NCBI GenBank assembly: GCA_963772455.1
Contig: CAVYXJ010000007.1
Coordinates: 128,001-192,000 of the forward strand
Length of the DNA stretch: 64,000 nucleotides
Direction: 5' to 3'
DNA from: Candidatus Bathyarchaeota archaeon
GTDB taxonomy: Archaea > Thermoproteota > Bathyarchaeia > Bathyarchaeales > Bathycorpusculaceae
Part shown: positions 9,535 through 18,289 of the stretch, in pieces
Layout of the letters: each line of letters starts with the position of its first letter
How positions within the stretch are numbered: the first letter of the stretch is position 1
Position numbers and translations under genes: made by a program
The notes under the pieces: generated by a model
Databases searched by the model: none
Told to the model about the DNA's origin: nothing
Seen by the model: only the letters and a program-made list of their open reading frames with translations

Positions 9535-10401
9535 TTAAGCTGTTTTTGGCTTTACTTTGTCAACTGCACCGCTGAGGCTGGTCATTTCGGAGTTGGCTTT
9601 GCGGATGATATCTGCGATTGTATCTTTTGTAGGTATTGTCGCGCTTACGGATAATGCGACTGCTTTTTGGTGTGCTCGCTGTAACAATGGTTTAATGGTG
9701 TCCTTGCTTGCATATCCTATTTCAAGTGCCAATGCGAATGCTTCTGAGTTTCCTGCTTGAACGCTTTTGCGTGTTGCATCAACGTCAACTTTGAGTTGAT
9801 CACCAGTAATAATTAGTCCATTGTCGAAAACTGCGCGCATAGATATGCCGAGTTCAACTGCTTTAATGCCGAGTTTTGAGAGTGTTCCTGCAAGCCTTTC
9901 GTTTATGATTTCACCTTTTCGTACAACTAAGGTGTCCTTGCTAATCCAAACGCTGCCTGATTCAATTCTTGTTGGCAACCCCACTGCGTTTAGTTGGCTG
10001 ATAACTGGACCTGGAGGTTGACCTGTGTTTCCTGCAGGAATAACTACATCCATTGCAGCTATGTCGCCTGATTTAGCAGTTGTTTTAACTTTGCCGCGTT
10101 CAAGCAGCAAAGCCAATTTGAAGGGATTGAGATCTGTGAATAAATAAACGTTTGACCCATCCAAGTAACTCTCAAGCTTCTTTAGCTCTTCATTTTCCAT
10201 TTCTTCAAGTGCAATTTTGATAAGTGTGTTCTTTAAAACGCGTAGGTAAACTTTGCCAGCCATAGTCTTCTTTATTTCTTGCAGTTGGGAAGCACGTACC
10301 TTCTTGAGGCTAGCGATACCGATGGATTTGTATTCTTTGAGTATGTCTTTTATTGACTCTACTTCGGTTGATTTTGCTTCTAATACTTGTTGAGACGGCA
10401 T
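9535..10401 (-). CDS. rpl10: 50S ribosomal protein uL10 (P0)
   Basis: KNTL, NPFKL, PAGNTGQPPGP; follows rpl1. Confidence 0.95.
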   Translation of the reverse strand: MPSQQVLEAKSTEVESIKDILKEYKSIGIASLKKVRASQLQEIKKTMAGKVYLRVLKNTLIKIALEEMENEELKKLESYLDGSNVYLFTDLNPFKLALLLERGKVKTTAKSGDIAAMDVVIPAGNTGQPPGPVISQLNAVGLPTRIESGSVWISKDTLVVRKGEIINERLAGTLSKLGIKAVELGISMRAVFDNGLIITGDQLKVDVDATRKSVQAGNSEAFALALEIGYASKDTIKPLLQRAHQKAVALSVSATIPTKDTIADIIRKANSEMTSLSGAVDKVKPKTA

Positions 10402-10416
10402 AGTTCTTCTTCTCTT

Positions 10417-11070
10417 TTAAGCTTTAATTTTGACTGGTTCACCCATGGATGTCTTGAGGAAAGCGTACTTTACGTTTTTCAATCCACGCTTTAGTTTTCC
10501 ATCTAAAACACGTAAAACAGCCATGGTGTTATCAACTAATTCCTCATCTTTCATTTGTTCGGAACCAATGGAAACCTGAATGATTGGTTGACTGCGCATA
10601 CGCACAACCACAGTCTTTCGGTGCTTGTTTATTAGGGCTGTAATGTCAGCGTTTGGTGGAACTGGAATGGGCATTTTTCCTCTTGGGCCTAAAACTGGAC
10701 CAAGTGTTCTGCCTACAAGCGGCATTAAGGGTGCTTCGCAAATGAATACATCATATTCGGTTGCGAGTTTGCGTAGTTCTTTCTTTTTGCCGTTTAACGC
10801 ATCTAAGTCTGCGCGTTCCAGAACTTTATCAGCTGAAGAGTTCTTCGCTTTCATAACGAAGTCTCCTCCTGAAGCAACAACACAAATCTTGTTAGGTTTG
10901 CCCGTTACGTGTGGAAGTTCTACAACCTCTTGGATTTTGCCTTCTGGCGATTTCATGTCGATCTCGACGATGTCGAGAATCAAATCTACAGTCTGGTTAA
11001 ATTTTTTCTGTCCAGACTTTGCCTTTGCTTGTTTAATTCCTTCTGCTATAGTCTTATTGTCTAGGGGCAT
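10417..11070 (-). CDS. rpl1: 50S ribosomal protein uL1
   Basis: KFNQTVDL, LGPVLGPRGKMP, KTSMG; start placed at MPLDNK (11070). Confidence 0.96.
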   Translation of the reverse strand: MPLDNKTIAEGIKQAKAKSGQKKFNQTVDLILDIVEIDMKSPEGKIQEVVELPHVTGKPNKICVVASGGDFVMKAKNSSADKVLERADLDALNGKKKELRKLATEYDVFICEAPLMPLVGRTLGPVLGPRGKMPIPVPPNADITALINKHRKTVVVRMRSQPIIQVSIGSEQMKDEELVDNTMAVLRVLDGKLKRGLKNVKYAFLKTSMGEPVKIKA

Positions 11071-11125
11071 TTTTAAGCCTCGTGCCATTGAGAGATTTGA
11101 AACCCATTATAAAAATATTCGCTTA

Positions 11126-11617
11126 TCATTGTTCAGTACCGAATAGTTGTTCGTAATTGCCAGCATCAACGTCTTTCTGGACTTCTCTAGGGTCTTTCCC
11201 TTCAACTGTAACGCCTAAGCTTACGCAAGTGCCGAGCAATTCTTTAGTTGCTTTCTTGACGGTTGGGGATAAAAGTTGAGGACCTTTGATTTTTGCAATC
11301 TTCAATATCTGCTCCATTGTTAAATCGCCTATTTTGACAGTGTTGGGTGTACCTGAGCCTTTCTCAACTTTAAGTTCGGCTACGATAAGTGCGGATGCCG
11401 TGGGGGTGCCAACGGTTACCTCGAAGGTTTTATCTTCAGTGTCAACGCTAATTTTTACTGGAACTTTCATTCCAGCGTATTCTTTTGTGATTTCATTGAT
11501 TTTGTTGACAATAGCCACTATGTTTACGCCTAGTGGACCAAGAGCTGGACCTAATGGTGGACCTGCATTGGCTTGTCCGCCGCTGACAATTAATTCTACA
11601 ACTTTTTTATCTACCAT
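11126..11617 (-). CDS. rpl11: 50S ribosomal protein uL11
   Basis: GGQANAGPPLGPALGPLGVN, GTCVSLGV. Confidence 0.97.
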   Translation of the reverse strand: MVDKKVVELIVSGGQANAGPPLGPALGPLGVNIVAIVNKINEITKEYAGMKVPVKISVDTEDKTFEVTVGTPTASALIVAELKVEKGSGTPNTVKIGDLTMEQILKIAKIKGPQLLSPTVKKATKELLGTCVSLGVTVEGKDPREVQKDVDAGNYEQLFGTEQ

Positions 11618-11630
11618 TTTTTTTCACCGT

Positions 11631-12101
11631 TTATTTTGCTTTTTCAACTAGTTTTACATAGTCTGAATGTACTGTGATGGGCAAAGTGAAGGTTGCCTCA
11701 AGCAATTCGAGGGTAACTTCTCCTTTTGACTTGTCGAGGCGTGTGATTTTAGCACGCATACCTTTGAAGGGTCCACCAGTAATTTCTACAACGTCATCTT
11801 CGTTAAGATCTTCCATGACTGGTTTTCGAACTATGTACCGTTCTATTTCAGCGAAGCTCACGAGCCCAGGGATTCTGGATCGTACATGTCTAACACCTGT
11901 GATTGCTTCTTCTATCAGGTGTGGTCCATCGGCTTCTATGAATACATATCCTTTAAGTGTGTCTGGTACAAGAAGAGATTTTATTGGAATATGAGCCATC
12001 TCAACTTTAGAAGCGATTAGACGCGCTACGTTTCGCTCTTGACCTGTTGTTGTTTTTACAACAAAAATCTTTACTTGACTTATCTCTTTCTTGTCTTCCA
12101 T
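11631..12101 (-). CDS. spt5: Transcription elongation factor Spt5 (NusG)
   Basis: TTTGQE, KGYVFIEA NGN domain plus KOW VEITGGPFKG. Confidence 0.96.
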   Translation of the reverse strand: MEDKKEISQVKIFVVKTTTGQERNVARLIASKVEMAHIPIKSLLVPDTLKGYVFIEADGPHLIEEAITGVRHVRSRIPGLVSFAEIERYIVRKPVMEDLNEDDVVEITGGPFKGMRAKITRLDKSKGEVTLELLEATFTLPITVHSDYVKLVEKAK

Positions 12102-12113
12102 ACTCAGGCTTCC

Positions 12114-12308
12114 TTAAGCTGTTGCGGCTGCGCCAGAAGTTGCGCCACCTGTTGCGTACGATAAGAGTTTAATTACAAATCCGATTAAGCCAACTGCACC
12201 GATACCTAACAAGCTAATTTTTATAGAGAGCCAAAGCTCTTCACGTCCCGGTTTTACGGCTAGCTTTAAGGTTCTTCCTGCCTGCGTTAACCAATCTTTT
12301 ATACCCAT
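12114..12308 (-). CDS. secE: Protein translocase SecE (Sec61 gamma)
   Basis: RTLKLAVKPGREE plus TM GLIGFVI; upstream of spt5. Confidence 0.92.
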   Translation of the reverse strand: MGIKDWLTQAGRTLKLAVKPGREELWLSIKISLLGIGAVGLIGFVIKLLSYATGGATSGAAATA

Positions 12309-12412
12309 ATATACCGCACCTTCAAGATTTCACTAATATATAATAAATGTTACTGTAACATTTTAGTTTAAAAAATACGCGAGTAACTCTTTTAAATGTT
12401 GCTTTGAGCTGC

Positions 12413-13237
12413 TTAAACTTTCTTATAGGGCAATCCAGCAACTTCCAACGCTGCTAAAAGTCTGGATTTGTCTTCGCTTATAATTCCTTTCCAATCCAAA
12501 ATTGCCAACTGCACCTTTTCCAAAGTTTTCTCTACACACTGAGAGAGCATTTCAGAGTCCAAAAGGTGTACAGCATACTTTGGGATCATATGCCCAAACG
12601 TCGCTTCGCCAACTAAGGTCATAAGCGTGAATTTTTGGTTGTAGTGGGTGCCACCTATACCCAGAACAGCCGAATTTTTCGATACTGTAAAGTTGTTTAT
12701 AGCTGAAATTGCCGAGTGGGCAACAGCTTCTCCTGACTTAGAATCGCTCCATTGCAAAGAGCAGCTACCTAATTCAACAAACATTGTAGGAATGTTTAGG
12801 CTTGGACCATGATGAGTGCACTCAAAAGAAACTTCATAATCAAGACAAAAAGCTTCTTTGTAGTGCAAAAGCGCTTTCAAAGCTGTTTGCATGACCATGG
12901 CGGGAGCAACCGAGAGTGTTTTGGGCAATCCGCCAAGTTCAGCCTCGCCAAAATTCCCAGGTGCATGAACGGACAGCGTAGGTTTGCCACTTTGACTGCT
13001 GTGGCGCGAGATAAAGACCATGAGATTTGCGTTTGGAAACATTTCGGGAAGGTTCTGTGCTTTTACAGATTCCTCCTTGAGAGTTATCAAAGTAACTTCT
13101 TGATCAAAAATTTTCGCTATGTAAATTGGGTTTTCCTGAAAGTTATTTGAAGTCTCATTAAAAGGGTAGTTTTTTAGGATTTGTTCTTTGATATTTAAGC
13201 TTGCAATGTCCTTGTCTGAAGCTATTATCAGAATCAT
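12413..13237 (-). CDS. dtdA: D-aminoacyl-tRNA deacylase (DTD2)
   Basis: SRHSS, LSVHAPGN, ECTHHGPS, FVELGS, GGTHY, GHMIPKY. Confidence 0.93.
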   Translation of the reverse strand: MILIIASDKDIASLNIKEQILKNYPFNETSNNFQENPIYIAKIFDQEVTLITLKEESVKAQNLPEMFPNANLMVFISRHSSQSGKPTLSVHAPGNFGEAELGGLPKTLSVAPAMVMQTALKALLHYKEAFCLDYEVSFECTHHGPSLNIPTMFVELGSCSLQWSDSKSGEAVAHSAISAINNFTVSKNSAVLGIGGTHYNQKFTLMTLVGEATFGHMIPKYAVHLLDSEMLSQCVEKTLEKVQLAILDWKGIISEDKSRLLAALEVAGLPYKKV

Positions 13238-13338
13238 TCAAGTTCTCCTTTAGTGTGTGCATGTTTGTAGTGGAAAAAGTTTTTGCATAAAGCTTATTAT
13301 TACACATTAAGTCAAGCCTAATTGAAGGCACTGAAAAG

Positions 13339-14253
13339 ATGCATTTGATTAATTTCAAAGAGTTAAACGGCAAAGAGCTTAGCGCATTCGTTGATTTAGG
13401 CATTGAAGTTAAAGGTAACCCAAAGAAATACCTCAAAACGTTTGAAGGCAAATCGGCAGCATTAATTTTCCAGAAGACTTCAACTCGAACAAGGGTTTCC
13501 TTTGAAGTTGCAATGACACAGTTAGGTGGACATGGCTTATTTATTGATTGGCGAACAACCAATTTTGCTTTGGCAGACATTTCTGATGAGCTTCAATATT
13601 TGTCCCGTAATGTTGAGTGCATTATGGCACGGTTGCTGTGTGATTCAGATTTGCTAAAGATGGCCGAAGCGTCCCGTGTTCCAGTAATAAATGGGTGCGA
13701 TGAAAAATATCATCCAAGTCAAGCCTTAGCAGACCTAATCACTATTAAAGAAAAACATGGCAAACTTAAAGGCGCAAAAGTCGTCTACATCGGTGTCCAT
13801 AATAACGTAACCAACTCGTTAATTGAAGGCTGCACAAAAACAGGCGTCAAACTGACAACCGTTACCCCAATTTTTAATGAAGCGGCAAGAGATGATGAGT
13901 TACTTTCTGAAGCTAAAAAAACTGGACTTTGGCAATCAACTTTAGATGTTAAAAGGGCGGTTGCAGATGCAGATTTTGTTTACACTGACACATGGATTGA
14001 CATGGAGTTTTTCACAGATCCCAAGTTTGCCGCAGAGAAAGAGAAACGCATCAAACTCATGACGCCATACCAAATAAACGAAAGACTGCTAAAGGACAGC
14101 AATGCATTCATCATGCATGACATGCCCATCCACCGTGGATACGAAATAAGCACAGAAGCAATCTTGAGCCCAAAATCGGTGATTTATGAGCAGGCAGAAA
14201 ACAGACTGTACGCGGCAAAGGCGATTTTCCTTAAGTTAGTTGCATCTGAGTAG
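13339..14253 (+). CDS. argF: Ornithine carbamoyltransferase-family enzyme (HDMP variant)
   Basis: STRTRVSFE, HPSQ, QAENR; HDMP replaces HCLP. Confidence 0.8.
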   Translation: MHLINFKELNGKELSAFVDLGIEVKGNPKKYLKTFEGKSAALIFQKTSTRTRVSFEVAMTQLGGHGLFIDWRTTNFALADISDELQYLSRNVECIMARLLCDSDLLKMAEASRVPVINGCDEKYHPSQALADLITIKEKHGKLKGAKVVYIGVHNNVTNSLIEGCTKTGVKLTTVTPIFNEAARDDELLSEAKKTGLWQSTLDVKRAVADADFVYTDTWIDMEFFTDPKFAAEKEKRIKLMTPYQINERLLKDSNAFIMHDMPIHRGYEISTEAILSPKSVIYEQAENRLYAAKAIFLKLVASE

Positions 14254-14311
14254 TCAATGCTGCTCTTTTGTAAATCAATAGAGTGAGGATAGATTACACG
14301 GAGCAAATAGT

Positions 14312-14818
14312 CTATTTTCGATTGGGCACCCATCGATACTTATCCCATTGAGACTTGCCAACTCTTTTAATGGGCTTTTCGCCCTGATAACCACAAGCAT
14401 AACACTTTCCATCGTGCACTGAAACCACGTCACCGCAACTTGGACAACAATACTTTTCAGCTTGACTTCTAAGAAATTCATCCATACCTTTTTCTTGAAT
14501 CATTTTTTGGTTTTCAACCATGCTCATGCCATAACGCGCGCTATAATGTTCATCTAAGTGGGCTAATTTTTTGCACGGCATATCGATGCATTCATAGCAA
14601 AAACGGATTTGTTTTTTTCTTAGTTTTTCGCAGTCTCTTTTGATAAACGCACAATTCTTATCTCTTACAAGGCAGCCTGAGCAGTGTGATACTTCGCCTT
14701 TCTTGTAGGGAACACCACGTGAATAAGCAAGATAGGCTTTACAGATTCCACAGTTCATACCACATGGCGCTACAAGTTCAGCAGTCAACGATTTTTGACT
14801 CATAAGTTGTAATTGCAA
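14312..14818 (-). CDS. DUF3795-like Cys-rich protein
   Basis: APCGMNCGIC, CSGC, FCYEC..PC and C-terminal CPSCG...CYAC. Confidence 0.8.
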   Translation of the reverse strand: MQLQLMSQKSLTAELVAPCGMNCGICKAYLAYSRGVPYKKGEVSHCSGCLVRDKNCAFIKRDCEKLRKKQIRFCYECIDMPCKKLAHLDEHYSARYGMSMVENQKMIQEKGMDEFLRSQAEKYCCPSCGDVVSVHDGKCYACGYQGEKPIKRVGKSQWDKYRWVPNRK

Positions 14819-15414
14819 GCAACAGTTTAAGTGGTTTACGTTCCCTCCAAAGTATCAGGTAGCCTAGAATGAGGATAATTCTTAATTTTCCAAATTAGAG
14901 GGTGATTCTCACCTACCCTCACTTCCATCCCGAATTCACTTACTTGACAAACTAAAATAACGACTGATTAAGACCAAATATTTTGGAAGGCGATTTTACC
15001 TTCTTCTTATAGAAGTATTAGAGCGCTTCGCAAAAACATTTGCACTACTACTTCAAACGAGATTGTTTTAAACAATGAATTTCAAAGTGGTATTAGTTTT
15101 TCAAGGTGAAATTTCAGTTGAACGACAGCTCCTACCTTGACTTCAAAAGAAGAAATCTATGTACCAAAAGTTTTGGAGGTCAAAGAAGAAGATTGAAAAA
15201 TTTGCTCTTCTTCTTCTCTTGTTAACTTTTCTTTTTTTTAATAACATTGGGCTAAAAAGGAGAGAGCGCTTTACTGTTGCTAAGTTTGAAACAAAATTAG
15301 TTTTTTTCCCAAATTTTTAGTGATAAGTAGTGTTAGTCCAGAAATCTTGACTAAAATCAGTCAACAAACTTTGACGAGAAACCTTTTATCACCTTCTATT
15401 CCTAACAACTAAAT

Positions 15415-16929
15415 ATGAAAAAAAGCTGGACATTCGTATTCTTTCTGGTTTTTTTATTAACAGGTGCAATATATCTTGAACTTGCCTTTCAACCAGCAAA
15501 AGCTCAACAGTCGACGGGGTCATTTTCGGATGACTTTAGTACAGATTCAGGTTCATGGCAGTATTTAGGAAGTGCATACAGAGACAACGCAAACAAGTAC
15601 ATGGTTTTAACTAAAGCTGAATATTTTACAGGCGGCGTTGCCTTTTTCAAAACTCCCATCCAAGGCCATTTCACCGCTAATTTCCGTTACAAAGTTGAAG
15701 GCGGTAGCCACCAAGGAGATGGCTTCACCATGTTCTTTTACAAACAAAAATATTCATCAATAGATACGGGAGGAAGTCTAGGTTTTATCTCCAAAGAAAA
15801 CTCCGTGAGCCATATTGTTCCTGGATATGGAATAGAATTCGATGCATGGCAAAACTGGGTAAGTGACTTCCAGCAAATCCAAGGAGGCCAACAAAATCCC
15901 CAAGGAGATCCATCCCCCAACCACATTGGATTAATTGAAGGCTTTTCAGGTAATCACATAGCCTACGTCGACGATTTAAGAGTTGCAGACAGTAATTGGC
16001 ATAAAGTTTCCATAAATGTTCAAGGATCTTCAGTTAGTGTTTATGTTGACCAAGGAGTGGTGCTCCAATGGAGCGGGGCTCTAAACAGAACTTTTGATGG
16101 GTTTGGATTCAGTGCAGGCACAGGAGGACCAGGAAGCAACATGCACTTAATAGACGATTTCTCAATTTCCGCAAATGCTATACGCACACCGGCACTTACC
16201 ACCTCATGCATAAGTCCCCAATCTCAATTTGGCTTTAACGTTTTCAAAATCAACGGTCAATTAACCTTCGATGGAGCAGGCATATCTGGTGCACCAATTT
16301 ATCTTTCTTATAGCGTGACTGGTGGAGATTTTTGGCAAGACCTCACTCTCTTAAATACTCATTCTGATGGTAGCTACTCAGCTCTATGGCTGCCAACAGT
16401 CACAGGCAATTACCTACTAAAAGCTGTATACAAAGGCAACGACAATTATTTAGGCACCAGCAACACCGTCAACTTTGCTATAGAACCTTTTGTGGAGCAG
16501 AGCGTTTTCGCCGTAACCTCAAACTCAACCATCACAGAATTATCCTTTAATTCAGCAAGCAAAGAATTGAGCTTTAGCGTTTCTGGAGACGCTGGAACAA
16601 CGGGGTATGTTAATGTTTACATTCCCAAATCTCTGCTAAATGATATTGCCAGTCTTAAAGTTTACCTGGACGGCAACCAAGTGGACTATACTACTCAAAC
16701 TCAAAGTGACTGTTGGCTTCTTTCCTTTACATACCATCACAGCAAACACTTAGTCACATTCAGTCTTGGTGAATCATTCGTAAACTCTTCTCCTGTCTCA
16801 ATAATATCGCCAAATCAAAAACAAACATTATCGCTAGATTGGGTGAATATTGCCATCTTGGCATTTTTAGGAACGATTGTAATTATCGTTGCAATCACTG
16901 CTGTGAGAGTACTCCAAAAAAAGACATAA
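15415..16929 (+). CDS. Secreted, membrane-anchored surface protein: L-type (ConA-like) lectin domain plus Ig-like domains
   Basis: Signal peptide; GDGFTMFF, GGSLG, IEFD, NHIG, WHKVSI, GFSAGTG lectin motifs; C-terminal TM plus basic tail. Confidence 0.85.
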   Translation: MKKSWTFVFFLVFLLTGAIYLELAFQPAKAQQSTGSFSDDFSTDSGSWQYLGSAYRDNANKYMVLTKAEYFTGGVAFFKTPIQGHFTANFRYKVEGGSHQGDGFTMFFYKQKYSSIDTGGSLGFISKENSVSHIVPGYGIEFDAWQNWVSDFQQIQGGQQNPQGDPSPNHIGLIEGFSGNHIAYVDDLRVADSNWHKVSINVQGSSVSVYVDQGVVLQWSGALNRTFDGFGFSAGTGGPGSNMHLIDDFSISANAIRTPALTTSCISPQSQFGFNVFKINGQLTFDGAGISGAPIYLSYSVTGGDFWQDLTLLNTHSDGSYSALWLPTVTGNYLLKAVYKGNDNYLGTSNTVNFAIEPFVEQSVFAVTSNSTITELSFNSASKELSFSVSGDAGTTGYVNVYIPKSLLNDIASLKVYLDGNQVDYTTQTQSDCWLLSFTYHHSKHLVTFSLGESFVNSSPVSIISPNQKQTLSLDWVNIAILAFLGTIVIIVAITAVRVLQKKT

Positions 16930-16971
16930 TTTTAAATAACCACCACCATAACTGCATCTGATGGGCATGTA

Positions 16972-17011
16972 CCATAATTATCGCAGTATTTACCAACATA
17001 ATTCTTAATTA
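16972..17011 (+). repeat. 40-bp direct repeat, copy 1
   Basis: CCATAATTATCGCAGTATTTACCAACATAATTCTTAATTA; 39/40 identical to 18212-18251. Confidence 0.92.
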
Positions 17012-17127
17012 GCATCGAAAATGCTGGGATAATTATTAGGGACAAGAAGTTGGGTTTGCCGTAGCTTTTGTAAGTGTAAATTTGCGTTCTTCAGGGGTTA
17101 GCGGAAATTTGAAAAGTAGTGTTTTTT

Positions 17128-17914
17128 TTATTTTCCTCTTTTTGCCACCAAGATCATTACTATAGCTATCGTGGCTACTGCCAAGATTATTGCACCTATT
17201 TGAGTGGTGAGCACAACGTTTGGGTTGGTTTGGTTTACACCGATACCGACTAAAGCCCAAATAACCACTAAAGCAAAGGCTACATCTTTACGAATTCCTA
17301 GCATAAGCATAGTTATAACCAAAGCAACTAGCGACAACGATTATTGCCCAAGTTTCAGAACTAATCCCAAAGCCATTCCAGTTGTAAGCTGTCAAAGTGA
17401 TAGCAACATCAGCTATTGAAGCAATCGTTATCCACCCCAAGTAGACACTAAACGGAAGATGAACTGCAAGTCTCTCACTGGTTTTCACCTTTGAACGGCC
17501 GATGTTTAGACGTAAATAAATACCAATTAAGCTAAGCAATAGCGCAAAAATTAGGACAACTGACAGAATTAAGCTTTCAAATTGCCAAACAAAAATCCAA
17601 GCGATATTTATTAGACTGCTGAAGACAAATAGCCAACCTATTTTTCCATGATAATCACTACCACGTTCTCTAGGCAATGCCTGATAAACCACAAAGGCGC
17701 CTAGCAGGATGTAGATGATACCCCAGATGGAGAAAACGTAACCAGCAGGAGTAATAAGCGTAGGATTATTATTCGAGACTGTAGCGGTGTCTCTTCCACC
17801 AATTAGAGTAGTGCTTCCAGCAATACTGTTTACTATTATGGTTAAAATGAAAAGTAAAATATTTGCATATCTTAGAGTAGCGGAAGTATTTTTTTGCATC
17901 AGATCAACTATCAT
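17128..17914 (-). CDS. TspO/MBR-like tryptophan-rich sensory membrane protein with an apparent +1 frameshift near 17330
   Basis: TPAGYVFSIWGIIY, PFSVYLGWITIA, then the C-terminus (FALVVIWALVGI) continues in the next frame. Confidence 0.82.
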
Positions 17915-17992
17915 TTATTTGATTAGTAAGAATATATAAAATAATCGACAGCTTTCCAGAAACAAAAAGAGATGCTACGTACTCTTTGATTA

Positions 17993-18181
17993 GTTGAAGA
18001 TACAAACGTTGGTATACCTGAAAGCATCAAGCCTCACTCCAATGTCTGCAACCAAATCGAAAGGTCAAGGGTAGGATTACTTGTTTTTAAACGATTAGTT
18101 GAGGCTCTGAAGGGTACAATAACATTTGAGAGACAAGTTGGCAAAGGAACAAAATACAGAATGGAGTTGCCGACGTCTTAA
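17993..18181 (+). pseudogene. Remnant of a histidine kinase C-terminal HATPase domain
   Basis: Joined frames read VEDTNVGIPESIKP / TPMSATKSKGQG / GLLVFKRLVEALKGTITFERQVGKGTKYRMELPTS*, giving G1, F and G2 boxes with indels and no N-terminus. Confidence 0.8.
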
Positions 18182-18211
18182 GCGCAAGTTAACTGTAGCT
18201 TGCACCTTGAC

Positions 18212-18251
18212 CCATAATTATCGCAGGATTTACCAACATAATTCTTAATTA
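18212..18251 (+). repeat. 40-bp direct repeat, copy 2; probably contains the ilvC promoter
   Basis: CCATAATTATCGCAGGATTTACCAACATAATTCTTAATTA ending 38 nt before the ilvC ATG. Confidence 0.9.
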
Positions 18252-18289
18252 TCCCATCTGATAAATGGAGTGACTGAGGTATCATAAAA

